Positions 47,213 to 56,869 of a DNA stretch of 64,000 bases are shown in pieces (position 1 is the first letter of the stretch; each line of letters starts with the position of its first letter). The notes beneath the pieces are model-generated. The model had not been told where the DNA came from. It searched no databases and was given only the letters and a program-made list of their open reading frames with translations. This DNA comes from Pseudanabaenaceae cyanobacterium bins.68. Lineage in GTDB: Bacteria; Cyanobacteriota; Cyanobacteriia; Pseudanabaenales; Pseudanabaenaceae. The translations under genes were made by a program, and so were the position numbers. The stretch is taken from positions 12,172 through 76,171 of the forward strand of contig JANRLH010000013.1 in assembly GCA_033762795.1 (NCBI GenBank), read 5' to 3'.

Positions 47213-47304
47213 TTTTTTGCGCTTTACCAAGATAGCATGGTTAAACAATTTTTGGCAAGAGTGATTATTCGACCAGAGTAGAATTACCTTTAATTCGACT
47301 CAGT

Positions 47305-48135
47305 TTGATGGCAAAATATAGGGGCTTAATTTGGCAATACTTTATGACAACCTTGACTAAGTGGCTGTTTAAGCTATTTGCCAGTCTGCTTTTAGCCGGA
47401 CAAGTAGTTGTGCATATCCTATTGAAGCGGCGACTGCACCGGCGCAACATTCTAGAACAGATGTCGATTGTTGGCACTGAGTCTATCCCGATCGCTTTAG
47501 TTACGGCGGCATTTGTGGGCGGGGTATTTACTATTCAGGTGGCTAAGGAGTTTATTCGATTTGGGGCGCAGTCGGTGATTGGTGGCGTATTAGCGATCGC
47601 TCTCACCAGAGAACTATGTCCAGTGCTAACCGCAGTCATTATTGCGGCGCGGATTGGCTCGGCCTTTGCGGCTGAAATTGGTACAATGCGGGTAACAGAG
47701 CAAATTGATGCCCTGGTGATGCTAGGTACTGACCCGATTGACTACTTGGTGACTCCTCGGGTGATTGCCTGTGTGCTAATGTTGCCAATCTTGATGATAT
47801 TTGCCTTACTCACTGGGATTTTGGGGGCGTGCTTGGTATCTCAAGCTCTCTACAACATCAATCCAACTAGCTTTTTTGACTCGATTCAGCTTTTGCTAAA
47901 ACCTTGGGATTTGGTCGCCGCCCTGGTCAAGTCGAGTATTTTTGGCAGTTTGATTGCGCTAATCGGCACAAATTGGGGCTTGAACACCACAGGAGGCGCA
48001 AAGGGAGTAGGGGAGTCTACTACTACGGCGGTGGTAACTGCCCTTTTGGCCATCTTTACCACTAATTTCTTTTTGTCTTGGTTCTTGTTTGGCAATGTGG
48101 GCGGCACGATCGCCAAAAATTTTGGCTTTGACTAG
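47305..48135 (+). CDS. MlaE/TGD1-type ABC transporter permease
   Basis: ILEQMSIVGTESIPIALVTAAFVGGVFTIQ..RELCPVLTAVIIAARIGSAFAAEIGTMRVTEQIDAL is the MlaE signature region. The start may be the internal ATG at 47344. Confidence 0.88.
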   Translation: MMAKYRGLIWQYFMTTLTKWLFKLFASLLLAGQVVVHILLKRRLHRRNILEQMSIVGTESIPIALVTAAFVGGVFTIQVAKEFIRFGAQSVIGGVLAIALTRELCPVLTAVIIAARIGSAFAAEIGTMRVTEQIDALVMLGTDPIDYLVTPRVIACVLMLPILMIFALLTGILGACLVSQALYNINPTSFFDSIQLLLKPWDLVAALVKSSIFGSLIALIGTNWGLNTTGGAKGVGESTTTAVVTALLAIFTTNFFLSWFLFGNVGGTIAKNFGFD

Positions 48136-48157
48136 CTAGGCTGGAAATGCCCTAATC

Positions 48158-49330
48158 TCAAGCCCAAACCTGCACTTGGCTAGTTAATTCACTCGCTTGC
48201 TGCCTAGCCCATTGATCTACTGCCAAAATATCTGCTAGTTCTGGCTGAGCGATCACCTGGTGACGTGCACATACGGCTTCAATAATTTGGGGAATCTGGA
48301 TAAACGAGATCCGCTCGGTGAGAAACATTTCTACTACTTGCTCGTTAGCGGCATTGAGCACCGCCGGCATAGTCCCACCCGCCCGCCCCGCCCCATAGGC
48401 AAGTTGCATACAGGGATATTTGCGATGATCGGGAGCTTTAAAGGTGAGATTGGCGCATTTCACTAGGTCTAGTCGGGGCCAGTCAGTAACTAAGCGATCG
48501 GGGTAGGAAATCGCATACAGCAAGGGCAATCGCATATCTGGCAAGCCCAGTTGAGCCAACACTGAAGTATCAGTGAGTTCAATCAAAGAATGAATGATGC
48601 TCTGGGGATGAATCACAATCTCAATCTGATCAAAACTAAGACCAAACAGGAAATGAGCTTCAATTACTTCCAGACCCTTGTTCATCAGGGTGGCAGAATC
48701 AATCGTAATCTTCTTACCCATTGACCAGTTGGGGTGCTTGAGGGCATCAGCGATCGTCACCGTTGCCAGTTGTTCAGGGGCAAGATCCCGAAAGGCTCCG
48801 CCAGAAGCAGTCAGAATAATCCGAGCCAATCCACCGGCGGGCACGCCCTGCAAGCACTGAAAAATAGCCGAATGCTCCGAGTCGGCAGGTAAAAGCTGGA
48901 CTTGATGTTTAGCTACCAAAGGATTGACTATACAACCAGCCGCGATCAGGGTCTCTTTGTTCGCCAGAGCAATGTGCTTACCTGCAGTAATGGCAGCAAT
49001 GGTCGGGAGCAATCCAGCACAGCCGACAATGCCGGTAACTACAAGTTCGGCATCACCATAGGCGGCTACGGTTTCTACCCCTTCCGCCCCAGCCAGCAAC
49101 ATCGGCGGTGGATCGAGGTCAGCAAGTGCTTGGCGCAGTTGACTAAATTTGCTTTTATCGGCGATCGCGACAATTTCAGGTCTAAATTTTTGCACCTGAG
49201 CCGCCAACAACTCCACATTACTACCGGCAGTAATGCCCACCAATCTGAAGCGATCGGGATACTGCGCCAGAATTTCTAGGGTCTGGGTGCCAATAGAGCC
49301 AGTAGAGCCAAGCAGAGTGATGGGTTTCAT
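48158..49330 (-). CDS. dxr: 1-deoxy-D-xylulose 5-phosphate reductoisomerase
   Basis: [36 protein letters not shown], 390 aa. Confidence 0.95.
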   Translation of the reverse strand: MKPITLLGSTGSIGTQTLEILAQYPDRFRLVGITAGSNVELLAAQVQKFRPEIVAIADKSKFSQLRQALADLDPPPMLLAGAEGVETVAAYGDAELVVTGIVGCAGLLPTIAAITAGKHIALANKETLIAAGCIVNPLVAKHQVQLLPADSEHSAIFQCLQGVPAGGLARIILTASGGAFRDLAPEQLATVTIADALKHPNWSMGKKITIDSATLMNKGLEVIEAHFLFGLSFDQIEIVIHPQSIIHSLIELTDTSVLAQLGLPDMRLPLLYAISYPDRLVTDWPRLDLVKCANLTFKAPDHRKYPCMQLAYGAGRAGGTMPAVLNAANEQVVEMFLTERISFIQIPQIIEAVCARHQVIAQPELADILAVDQWARQQASELTSQVQVWA

Positions 49331-49381
49331 GGGTTTAGATCGGGTGTTGCCACAGCCTAGTCTACCGCTTTGGGGTGGGAT

Positions 49382-50218
49382 TTAATTGCCAGTTAGCTCA
49401 ATTAGAGTCAGTTCTGGCGGACAGAAAAACCGCCCTGGCATATAGGTCCCCAAACCGCGATTGATATAAACTCGGTTATTGCCAATCCGATGTAGTCCTT
49501 GGGACCATTCCCAGTTCTGCACCACTTCATAGCATTCCTGCCAGAGAAACGGCACCCAGCGCTTCATTTTTTTGGGGATTTTGCTGCGCCACTGTTTGAT
49601 TTTGCCAATTACCGGGCCAACACCTGGGATTACCACTTGGCCACCGTGGGTATGGCCAGAAAGCTGTAAATCTACTCGCCAAGCCATGAGGTCTTCGGCA
49701 CTGTCAGGATTGTGGGATAAGACAATACGTGGAATCTGGGGATCAATTTGGCTAAGGGTGAGTTCAGGTTGAAACTGGCGTGACCAATAATCAGGTAAGC
49801 CGACGATCGCTAGATCTTGCCCCAGGGGGTAGCTGACTTGGTTCCATAGTACCTGAATGCCTTGCTCGGTGAGTGCTTGGGTAATCTGGGCTTGGGAATC
49901 GCGCTTGAGTAAATCATGGTTACCCAAAACCGCAAAAATCCCCGCCTGGGTTTGGAGTTGGGCAAGATGGGCTGCAAGTTGGGTGATCGGGGCGGGCTGA
50001 TCGGTAACGTAATCCCCAGTCAATAGCACTAGGTCTGGCTGAAATTGATTGCTAGTCGCGATCGCTTGCTGGAGTAGTTGCTCAGAAAGCCGAATACCGT
50101 CAAAGTGAAAGTCAGTAAGATGAACGATTTTGGTGCCTACTAGCTTGGGACTGAGGTTAGCGATCGGGATAGATAATCGCTCTACACTCAAACTGCCGGC
50201 TAGATATTTTTGAATCAT
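49382..50218 (-). CDS. Metallophosphoesterase (YaeI-like)
   Basis: HLTDFHFD, LTGDY, GNHD, SGHTHGGQ motifs, 278 aa. Confidence 0.85.
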   Translation of the reverse strand: MIQKYLAGSLSVERLSIPIANLSPKLVGTKIVHLTDFHFDGIRLSEQLLQQAIATSNQFQPDLVLLTGDYVTDQPAPITQLAAHLAQLQTQAGIFAVLGNHDLLKRDSQAQITQALTEQGIQVLWNQVSYPLGQDLAIVGLPDYWSRQFQPELTLSQIDPQIPRIVLSHNPDSAEDLMAWRVDLQLSGHTHGGQVVIPGVGPVIGKIKQWRSKIPKKMKRWVPFLWQECYEVVQNWEWSQGLHRIGNNRVYINRGLGTYMPGRFFCPPELTLIELTGN

Positions 50219-50295
50219 GCTAACTCACTGGGGTCTAGACCGCAGAATTTGATCGTGATCACAGAGCTTAGGTTCGTGGCAAAGGATATTTAAAG

Positions 50296-50404
50296 CAGGA
50301 CTTACGCAGCCTAATTCGGGAACTGTTGTAAAAAGGGAGTTTGAGGGCAAAGCCCCACACCCCACTTAAAGCCAGGGTTTTAGATCACCTTTGCGTAAGT
50401 CCTA
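50296..50404 (+). mobile_element. MITE-like element, copy B (109 bp)
   Basis: CAGGACTTACGCAGCCTAATTCGGGAACTGTTGTAAAAAGGGAGTTTGAGGGCAAAGCCCCACACCCCACTTAAAGCCAGGGTTTTAGATCACCTTTGCGTAAGTCCTA, flanked by perfect 5-bp direct repeats TAAAG (50291..50295 and 50405..50409). Confidence 0.8.
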
Positions 50405-50591
50405 TAAAGTTGAGACTCCAGAGCCAAGAAAGAGCTACAGGAGAGTATAAATACTTAAGTAAATCGCGACTTCATTTTACCCAACTAGGCGAGTAAAGTT
50501 CAAGCACAACCCACCATAATCTTTTCTTAATCAAGACTTGGGCAACTTTGACTTAAAAAGCTGAGATCTAGGTGGGGGATTCCATAGGGTT

Positions 50592-51287
50592 TTAATAGAT
50601 CGCTTGAGTAGGAATCAGCACCATCGCAAAGTAAGGCACATTGGCGGCATTCACTTCTAAAATCGGCAAGGTTTTCTGGTTAGCCATCGTCGCGCATTCA
50701 ATATATTTTGCCCTTTCTACCAAGTCCAACTTAATCAAAATTTCACGCACCTGATCAAAATGCCTAGCTAGTTTGATGATTGCCGCCCCATTCGCACTCA
50801 AGAGGTGAGTTTCTAGTAGTTCTGGTGCTAAAGTTGCTGACAACACGCTAAAAACATCGTTGCGATAACTCAAGGGCAAGCCCAGAGCCGCCGCCGCCAT
50901 AGGCGAGCATACCCCAGGGACAACTTCAGTCGGATAGCGATCGCTCAAACGAGTAAATAAATACATAAATGAGCCATAAAACAAGGGATCGCCTTCGCAC
51001 AGCACTGCCACCTGTTTCCCTTGCTCTAGGCATTCAGCTATGGGCGCGATCGCCTGATCGTATGCTGACTTAGCCGCAATTGGATCAAGCGCACGCGGGA
51101 AGCGAAAACATAACTCCTGCTGGTCGCCGCGAAGGTAGGACGCAACTATTTGTCGAGCTACACTTTGACGTTGTGCAGCCGCCTGGTAAGCTACCACCTC
51201 CACCTGTTGCAAAATCTTCAAAGCCTTTAGGGTAATTAACTCTGGATCTCCGGGACCTACTCCGACTCCATACAACTGTGCTGTCAT
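50592..51287 (-). CDS. cobI: Precorrin-2 C20-methyltransferase
   Basis: LYGVGVGPGDPELITLKALKIL and LCEGDPLFYGSF are tetrapyrrole methylase motifs, 231 aa. ATGA overlap with cobH. Confidence 0.88.
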   Translation of the reverse strand: MTAQLYGVGVGPGDPELITLKALKILQQVEVVAYQAAAQRQSVARQIVASYLRGDQQELCFRFPRALDPIAAKSAYDQAIAPIAECLEQGKQVAVLCEGDPLFYGSFMYLFTRLSDRYPTEVVPGVCSPMAAAALGLPLSYRNDVFSVLSATLAPELLETHLLSANGAAIIKLARHFDQVREILIKLDLVERAKYIECATMANQKTLPILEVNAANVPYFAMVLIPTQAIY

Positions 51288-51931
51288 TCCGCCTCCTGAG
51301 CTAAAGCATTGACCGCCGCCGCCGCCAACGCACTCCCCCCGCGGCGACCATGGAGGGTAATATAAGGAATCCCAGAACTAGCCAGGGCCAACTTAGACTC
51401 AAGGGCTCCCACAAACCCGACCGGGAACCCTAGGATTAGAGCCGGTGTGAATCTCCTGGACTCGATTAAGTCCAACAGATGAAACAGGGCAGTAGGTGCA
51501 TTGCCGATCGCTACCACTGCTCCTTCAGGTTGCCATAGCTCTAATGCTGCTGCCGAGCGAGTATTGCCAATTTGGCTAGCGATCGCGATTACTTCAGGCT
51601 GATTTAGGGTACAGATCACGGAATTATTGGCGGGTAAACGACCACGGGTAATACCATCTGCCACCATTTGGGAATCACAGTAGATCCCTGCTCCAGCCTG
51701 GAGAGCAGTCCTAGCGATCGTGGCGGCTCCAGGTGAAAAATCTAAATCCTGCACCAGGTCAGTCATCCCACAAGCATGGATCAGCCGCACCGCCACTTTT
51801 TCCATTTCTGGAGGTAACCCAGCTAAATTAGTCTCGGCTCTGATCGTAGCAAAGGAAAGCCGATAAATTGCTGCCCCATCTTTGAGGTAATCACGCATGC
51901 ACACACAAATTAGATTCTGCCCACTGATCAT
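51284..51931 (-). CDS. cobH: Precorrin-8X methylmutase
   Basis: RLIHACGMTDL.., AIGNAPTALFHLLDL.., GFPVGFVGA, 215 aa. Confidence 0.88.
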   Translation of the reverse strand: MISGQNLICVCMRDYLKDGAAIYRLSFATIRAETNLAGLPPEMEKVAVRLIHACGMTDLVQDLDFSPGAATIARTALQAGAGIYCDSQMVADGITRGRLPANNSVICTLNQPEVIAIASQIGNTRSAAALELWQPEGAVVAIGNAPTALFHLLDLIESRRFTPALILGFPVGFVGALESKLALASSGIPYITLHGRRGGSALAAAAVNALAQEAE

Positions 51932-52025
51932 AGCCTGAACATTCTTGACACTTACACCCTAGTCGGACGGATGTAGGCTACACCTCTATAAGCGGGAATT
52001 AAGTCCCAGCCATAAAACTGGAAGC

Positions 52026-52053
52026 TTGACAGCTAATCTCAAGGGATTATGCT
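52026..52053 (+). promoter_or_regulatory. Candidate sigma70-type promoter (TTGACA, 16 nt, TATGCT)
   Basis: TTGACA 52026..52031, a 16-nt spacer, TATGCT 52048..52053, about 30 nt upstream of ATG 52084. Sequence match only. Confidence 0.35.
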
Positions 52054-52083
52054 AGCTTAGTAGCGCAGTAACCAAGTAAGACT

Positions 52084-52290
52084 ATGGATGAACTCAAGCC
52101 CATCTTTGCCCAGTTGACCAGCCAGCCAATTGCTTTCTGTGGCGGTCTAGTTTCAGGTTTGCTCAGACTCGATCCTAGCCAAGCCCCTCTAAAAGACTGG
52201 CTCAGGTCTCAGAACATCAGTGCCACTACCTCCAATGTTGTAGGCAAGGCAACCGCTGATAAAGCACCTCAATCTATTTCGATTGACTAA
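52084..52290 (+). CDS. Small hypothetical protein (68 aa)
   Basis: ORF preceded by the promoter-like element. One hydrophobic stretch (PIAFCGGLVSGLL). No family recognised. Confidence 0.45.
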   Translation: MDELKPIFAQLTSQPIAFCGGLVSGLLRLDPSQAPLKDWLRSQNISATTSNVVGKATADKAPQSISID

Positions 52291-52541
52291 AAAAGATTCA
52301 TAAAATTTACCCGTGAGTAGCCTTAGATCACTTCGCCAGGTCAAAGTAAAAGATCTTGCCTGCGTAAGCTAATCCAATAGACACTGAGAGCGATCACTCC
52401 TAGCAAGGTCGCGATCATTATGGCCGTTAAAATCGGCTGTAATCCATTAGCAGCGCATTACCAGGTTGAGTACTGATCACGGAATCACGGGGTGACCTGG
52501 GATTGTAGGCAACCCAGATCTGGAGACAAAGCCAGGTTTAG

Positions 52542-53954
52542 CTAATAGGCGCCCTTGCCAAAAATTACAATTTGAATAGTTTGAAAGAGGATTTCTAGAT
52601 CTAGTTGCAGCGACCACTGATCCAAATAAAACAGATCGAGCCTTACTGCATCGTGAATATTATCGATCTCGGAGCGCCCTGATATTTGCCACAACCCCGT
52701 AATTCCAGGTAAAACTGCATGGCGAGCATGGTGCCAATCGCTAAACTTCGCCACATCCCGCAAGGGTAGGGGACGCGGCCCCACCAGACTCATCTGTCCC
52801 AAAATTACGTTGAATAGTTGAGGTAGTTCATCGATACTAAAGCGGCGGAGAAAATGCCCCACGGGAATAATGCGGGGATCGCGCTTGAGCTTAAACATCA
52901 CCCCATCCTGGCATTGGTTGAGGGCTTCTAGTTGTCCTAGGCGACTTTCGGCATCGGCATACATGGTGCGAAATTTCCAAATTTGAAAGACTTTACCCTG
53001 CAATCCCACTCGCTCTTGGCAGAAAAAAACATTGCCCTGGGGGGAGTTGAGTTTGATCAAGCTCGCTACTACTAAAAACAGGGGAGCAAGGATAATTACG
53101 CCAATTAAGGCAAAAACTAAATCTAGCGATCGCTTAACCCGATAGTCCCAACCACTGAGCAACCCACTACCAATCCGAATTACCGGCATACCGCCAAAGA
53201 TTTCTGGTTGACCACGACGATACAAACTAGAAATGCTGGAGGGAATCAGTCGCAGGTTAATTTCTAGCTGGCGCAGTTGCCAATAAAAACTGGATGCTCC
53301 TTCCCCCTGGGCAAGACCTTCGGCAATTACTTCTTTGACCCCCGCCGCTTGGATTTGGGGTAGAGTCTGGCTGGAGAATACCAGATCGACAGTCAGGCTG
53401 CCTACTACCTGGCAGTTGGTGCGATGGCTGATGGCACGACAGATCGCTTCCATGTGGGTAGTAGTGGCAATTACAAACACTGGCACGGGGCGACCACGGC
53501 GCTGCACCTGATCCAAAATCAGGGTAGTGAGAAATCTGCACCCAAAGCAACAGGCAACACTACTTAACCAAGCTGAAAAAAATAGCGATCGCGGTAGATT
53601 GATTTCTGGATCATAGAAATAGCTCAAGATCAGAGAGCCCAGGTATATGCGGGTAATTATTTGGCTTTGCCCCAAATAGTTGCGCCATTGGGAATTAGTA
53701 CTATAAAAGTCTTGTAAAGCTAATACCAGAACGATCGCTACCACAAAAGCCCAGAATATGCCTGATACCCCTAACCATTTTCCCCAGTCTAGTTGGGGCG
53801 GCAAACTGGAAAAAGCACGGTTGATTTTTTGGGTAATTTGACCAGCGAGTCCCAAAGCCACCAGATCGGCAATCAGGGTGGTAATTGCTACTAACCAGCC
53901 CATCTCTGGAGCTTGAATCCATTGGTCGCCACTGCGGATATCACGCATAGGCAC
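52542..53954 (-). CDS. Polyprenyl-phosphate glycosyl-1-phosphate transferase (WcaJ/EpsB-type bacterial sugar transferase)
   Basis: N-terminal TM bundle, then KRSLDLVFALIGVIILAPLFLVVASLIKL..QERVGLQGKVFQIWKFRTM..DELPQLFNVILGQMSLVGPRP, 470 aa. Confidence 0.88.
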   Translation of the reverse strand: MPMRDIRSGDQWIQAPEMGWLVAITTLIADLVALGLAGQITQKINRAFSSLPPQLDWGKWLGVSGIFWAFVVAIVLVLALQDFYSTNSQWRNYLGQSQIITRIYLGSLILSYFYDPEINLPRSLFFSAWLSSVACCFGCRFLTTLILDQVQRRGRPVPVFVIATTTHMEAICRAISHRTNCQVVGSLTVDLVFSSQTLPQIQAAGVKEVIAEGLAQGEGASSFYWQLRQLEINLRLIPSSISSLYRRGQPEIFGGMPVIRIGSGLLSGWDYRVKRSLDLVFALIGVIILAPLFLVVASLIKLNSPQGNVFFCQERVGLQGKVFQIWKFRTMYADAESRLGQLEALNQCQDGVMFKLKRDPRIIPVGHFLRRFSIDELPQLFNVILGQMSLVGPRPLPLRDVAKFSDWHHARHAVLPGITGLWQISGRSEIDNIHDAVRLDLFYLDQWSLQLDLEILFQTIQIVIFGKGAY

Positions 53955-53974
53955 TCTAAATCCCAGAGGGAGAT

Positions 53975-54361
53975 TTAGGGCTTAGACAGAGCTTTATCAT
54001 TGCGACATACTTCTAGGTTAAGTTGCTCAAAGGATTTGATCGCAGTGATCCGCTTGCGCTTGGAGTTGGTAGCCACATCCATACAGGCGCAGCCATAGCC
54101 ATAGTTGCCGTTGACTTTGACATATTGTTTGGCACTGATGTCGGGGATCAACTCCATATTTTGGGCACGGTTGGCAGATCCCTGGGTAGAGATTGTCCAG
54201 GTAGCATCACGATCAGTTAGCCACCAATTGCCTGGGGTGGGGTTGGCTAGCCAGCCACATCTAGTTTCGGCATTTAGAGGCAAGACCAGTAGGCTGGGGG
54301 TGATCGCTACCAGAGCCAGAAATTTACCTAAAAGTCTAGAGGGCTGGGCTAGTATTGGCAT
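53975..54361 (-). CDS. Secreted DUF4087-like protein
   Basis: Signal peptide, then RCGWLANPTPGNWWLTDRDATWTISTQG and YGYGCACM. The family assignment is from memory. 128 aa. Confidence 0.65.
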   Translation of the reverse strand: MPILAQPSRLLGKFLALVAITPSLLVLPLNAETRCGWLANPTPGNWWLTDRDATWTISTQGSANRAQNMELIPDISAKQYVKVNGNYGYGCACMDVATNSKRKRITAIKSFEQLNLEVCRNDKALSKP

Positions 54362-54368
54362 GGCTGGG

Positions 54369-55505
54369 TTAAGCAGGGAGTAATTGAGCTACTTTAGTAG
54401 CCAGGGATTTCATCAAGGAGGCAAAGGGCTGGACAAATTTGTCAATCCCTTCCATTTGCAACTCTACCATTACTTGATCCAGGTCAATACCTACCTGTGC
54501 CAGGTTAGCTAGTACTAAGTTGGCTTGATCTAGATCCATTTCAATGCGCTGCTCCACATCGCAATGATCGATACAGGCAGCAATCGTTTCTGGTGGCATG
54601 GTATTCACGGTATTTGCTCCTACCAGGTTATCCACATACATCACATCGCTGTAGGCAGGATTTTTAGTACTGGTACTCGCCCACAACAGCCTTTGTTCTT
54701 TGGCTCCAGCAGCTTTCAGGGCTTGCCAGCGCTGGTTAGCATAAATTTCTTTATATTTTTGGTAGGCGATTTTGGCATTGGCGATCGCCACTTTACCCTT
54801 GAGGGAGTTGAGTAGCTCGATTTCCGCTGGATCATGAGCAGCCTGGAGTTTGCGATCAAGCACCTGGTCGATTTTGGTATCAATGCGGCTCAAAAAGAAA
54901 CTAGCTACCGAAGCGATCGCGCCAATAGTTGCACCTTTAGCTAAGCGACTTTCTAAACCACGGATAAACGCCCAGGCGCAAGCTTCATAGTCTGCCACTG
55001 AAAATAACAGCGTCACATTTACGGGGATACCTGCCCCAATTACCTGCTCTACTGCCGCAAATCCTGCTGCTGTCCCTGGAACCTTGATCATGATGTTGGG
55101 GCGATCTAGAATCTGCCAAAACCGTAGAGCCTCAGCTACAGTGCCAGTAGTGTCATGGGCTAAGTTGGGGGAAACCTCGATTGAAACATAGCCATCTTCG
55201 CCGCCAGAAGAGTCAAACACCGGACGCAAAATATCTGCGGCTGCCTGAATATCGCTAAAAGCCAGGGTTTCATAAATTTCAGTAATACTTTTACCCGCCT
55301 GAGCAGCCTCTAGAATTGACTGGTCATAAATGGCATTGCCAGCGATACTTTTTTCAAAAATGGCAGGATTAGAAGTAATACCGCGAATGCCTTGATTAGT
55401 TACCAGGTTTGTCAATTCGCCTGACTGAATAATGTTGCGACTGAGGTTATCCATCCACACGCTCTGACCATGTTCATGGAGCTCTAACAGATGATTGGTA
55501 GTCAT
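54369..55505 (-). CDS. tal: Transaldolase
   Basis: GQSVWMDNLSR, GITSNPAIFEK, MIKVPGT (catalytic Lys), 378 aa. Confidence 0.93.
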   Translation of the reverse strand: MTTNHLLELHEHGQSVWMDNLSRNIIQSGELTNLVTNQGIRGITSNPAIFEKSIAGNAIYDQSILEAAQAGKSITEIYETLAFSDIQAAADILRPVFDSSGGEDGYVSIEVSPNLAHDTTGTVAEALRFWQILDRPNIMIKVPGTAAGFAAVEQVIGAGIPVNVTLLFSVADYEACAWAFIRGLESRLAKGATIGAIASVASFFLSRIDTKIDQVLDRKLQAAHDPAEIELLNSLKGKVAIANAKIAYQKYKEIYANQRWQALKAAGAKEQRLLWASTSTKNPAYSDVMYVDNLVGANTVNTMPPETIAACIDHCDVEQRIEMDLDQANLVLANLAQVGIDLDQVMVELQMEGIDKFVQPFASLMKSLATKVAQLLPA

Positions 55506-55591
55506 GGCTTTTCCAGGAGGTTACATCAGCTTAGTCTAGGGGGCGATCGCTCAGCTAGTCACAATTTTCAGAGTTATTTTACAGTCTTAGG

Positions 55592-56668
55592 TTAAACATT
55601 AGCCGGAATGCCCAATCTGGCAAAAATCATCCGCCCCGCCGAAGTCTGCAAGGCACTAGTTACCACTACTTTGAGTTGCTTACCCAGATATTTCCGCCCA
55701 TCTTCTACCACCACCATAGTGCCATCATCCAAAAAGCCTACTCCTTGGGCTGGATCTTTACCTTCCTTCATCAGTTTTAGATCCAGGGTGTCGCCTGGCA
55801 AATACACTGGGCGCAGGGCTTGAGCCAGATCATTGATGTTCAATACTTCTACTTCTTGAAGATTAGCCACCTTATTGAGATTGTAATCATTAGTAATCAG
55901 GGTGCTGTCTAATTCCTGAGCCAGGCGCACGAGTTTGGCATCCACGGTGGGAATATCTTCGTAGTCGGCCGAATGAATCACAATGCGATCGCCCCAGTTA
56001 GTGCGCATACTATTGAGAATATCTAGACCACGGCGACCGCGTACCCGCTTTTGATCATTAGAACTGTCGGCTACGGTTTGGAGTTCTTGCAACACAAACT
56101 GGGGAATTAGGAGCTTGCCTTCGATAAAGCCAGTATCTACTAGGGCTTCAATTCGTCCATCAATGATCGAACTGGTATCCAGAATCTTGGTGGTGGCAGG
56201 GCTGAGCGTACCTTCTGATAGCAACACGCTCTCCACACTGTTGGGATTGATTAAGCGCAATAACGCCCGCCCATGGGTTTCAGTTAGGGTCATGCCCGTA
56301 TAGGCAAACATGATACTGACTAAAATTGCAGTTAGGGGTTTGAGAAAAGCAAAATCATCGGGAAAAGGTAGCAAAAATAGGGGCGCTAGGATCAAGTTGG
56401 CTAACAACAGTCCCACTACCAGACCGATCGCCCGACTGAGCAGGATTTCGATCGGCATGGCACGCACTTCTGCTTCTAGTTTGCGGTAGGCGTTTTGAGC
56501 AAATATTCCTAGGGCTAAACCTAGGAAAGAGCCACCACCTAGGGCTAGCCAGCGAAAACTCTGGAGATTAATTTGGGCGAGCACTGAGCTAGGTAAAAAA
56601 TCTACGCCGTGAAAGCCTATGCCTGCTCCAGCGAGAATGAAGGAAATAATAATGACGGCATCGATCAT
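55592..56668 (-). CDS. Membrane-anchored PIN/TRAM-domain protein (YacL-like)
   Basis: Four N-terminal TM segments, a PIN domain (KILDTSSIIDGRI..LITNDYNL), and a C-terminal TRAM-like KQLKVVVTSALQTSAGRMIFARL, 358 aa. Confidence 0.85.
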   Translation of the reverse strand: MIDAVIIISFILAGAGIGFHGVDFLPSSVLAQINLQSFRWLALGGGSFLGLALGIFAQNAYRKLEAEVRAMPIEILLSRAIGLVVGLLLANLILAPLFLLPFPDDFAFLKPLTAILVSIMFAYTGMTLTETHGRALLRLINPNSVESVLLSEGTLSPATTKILDTSSIIDGRIEALVDTGFIEGKLLIPQFVLQELQTVADSSNDQKRVRGRRGLDILNSMRTNWGDRIVIHSADYEDIPTVDAKLVRLAQELDSTLITNDYNLNKVANLQEVEVLNINDLAQALRPVYLPGDTLDLKLMKEGKDPAQGVGFLDDGTMVVVEDGRKYLGKQLKVVVTSALQTSAGRMIFARLGIPANV

Positions 56669-56869
56669 AATGTATGGGCGAGATACGCTTCTGGTATTCT
56701 AGCCCTTGTTTAGGGATGAATTTGGCGGGATTTAGGTAGGGCAGGGTGCGGTTTTACGCGATCAAAAGCTGGGATCGGGCTGCTGTCTATCTTGGCTCTG
56801 ATTCAATCTAGTTCGGTTAAGTTTAATCAATTTTTTTCTATTTTGCTGAATTTGAGGAATTTTAAGACT

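Noticed and set aside
51932-52083. Looked for a cobalamin riboswitch upstream of the cobH-cobI operon.
   Set aside because: I could not find a B12-box-like core or the conserved GGTG..GCCACTG pairing elements on the minus strand. The leader is only about 150 nt and also has to accommodate a divergent promoter.
52341-52418. 25-aa hydrophobic minus-strand ORF (MIATLLGVIALSVYWISLRRQDLLL) that looks like a small thylakoid peptide.
   Set aside because: It overlaps sequence resembling MITE 3'-end debris (TTAGATCAC...CTGCGTAAGCT). It matches no small PSII, PSI or cytochrome b6f subunit that I can recall. It is too short to support without conservation data.
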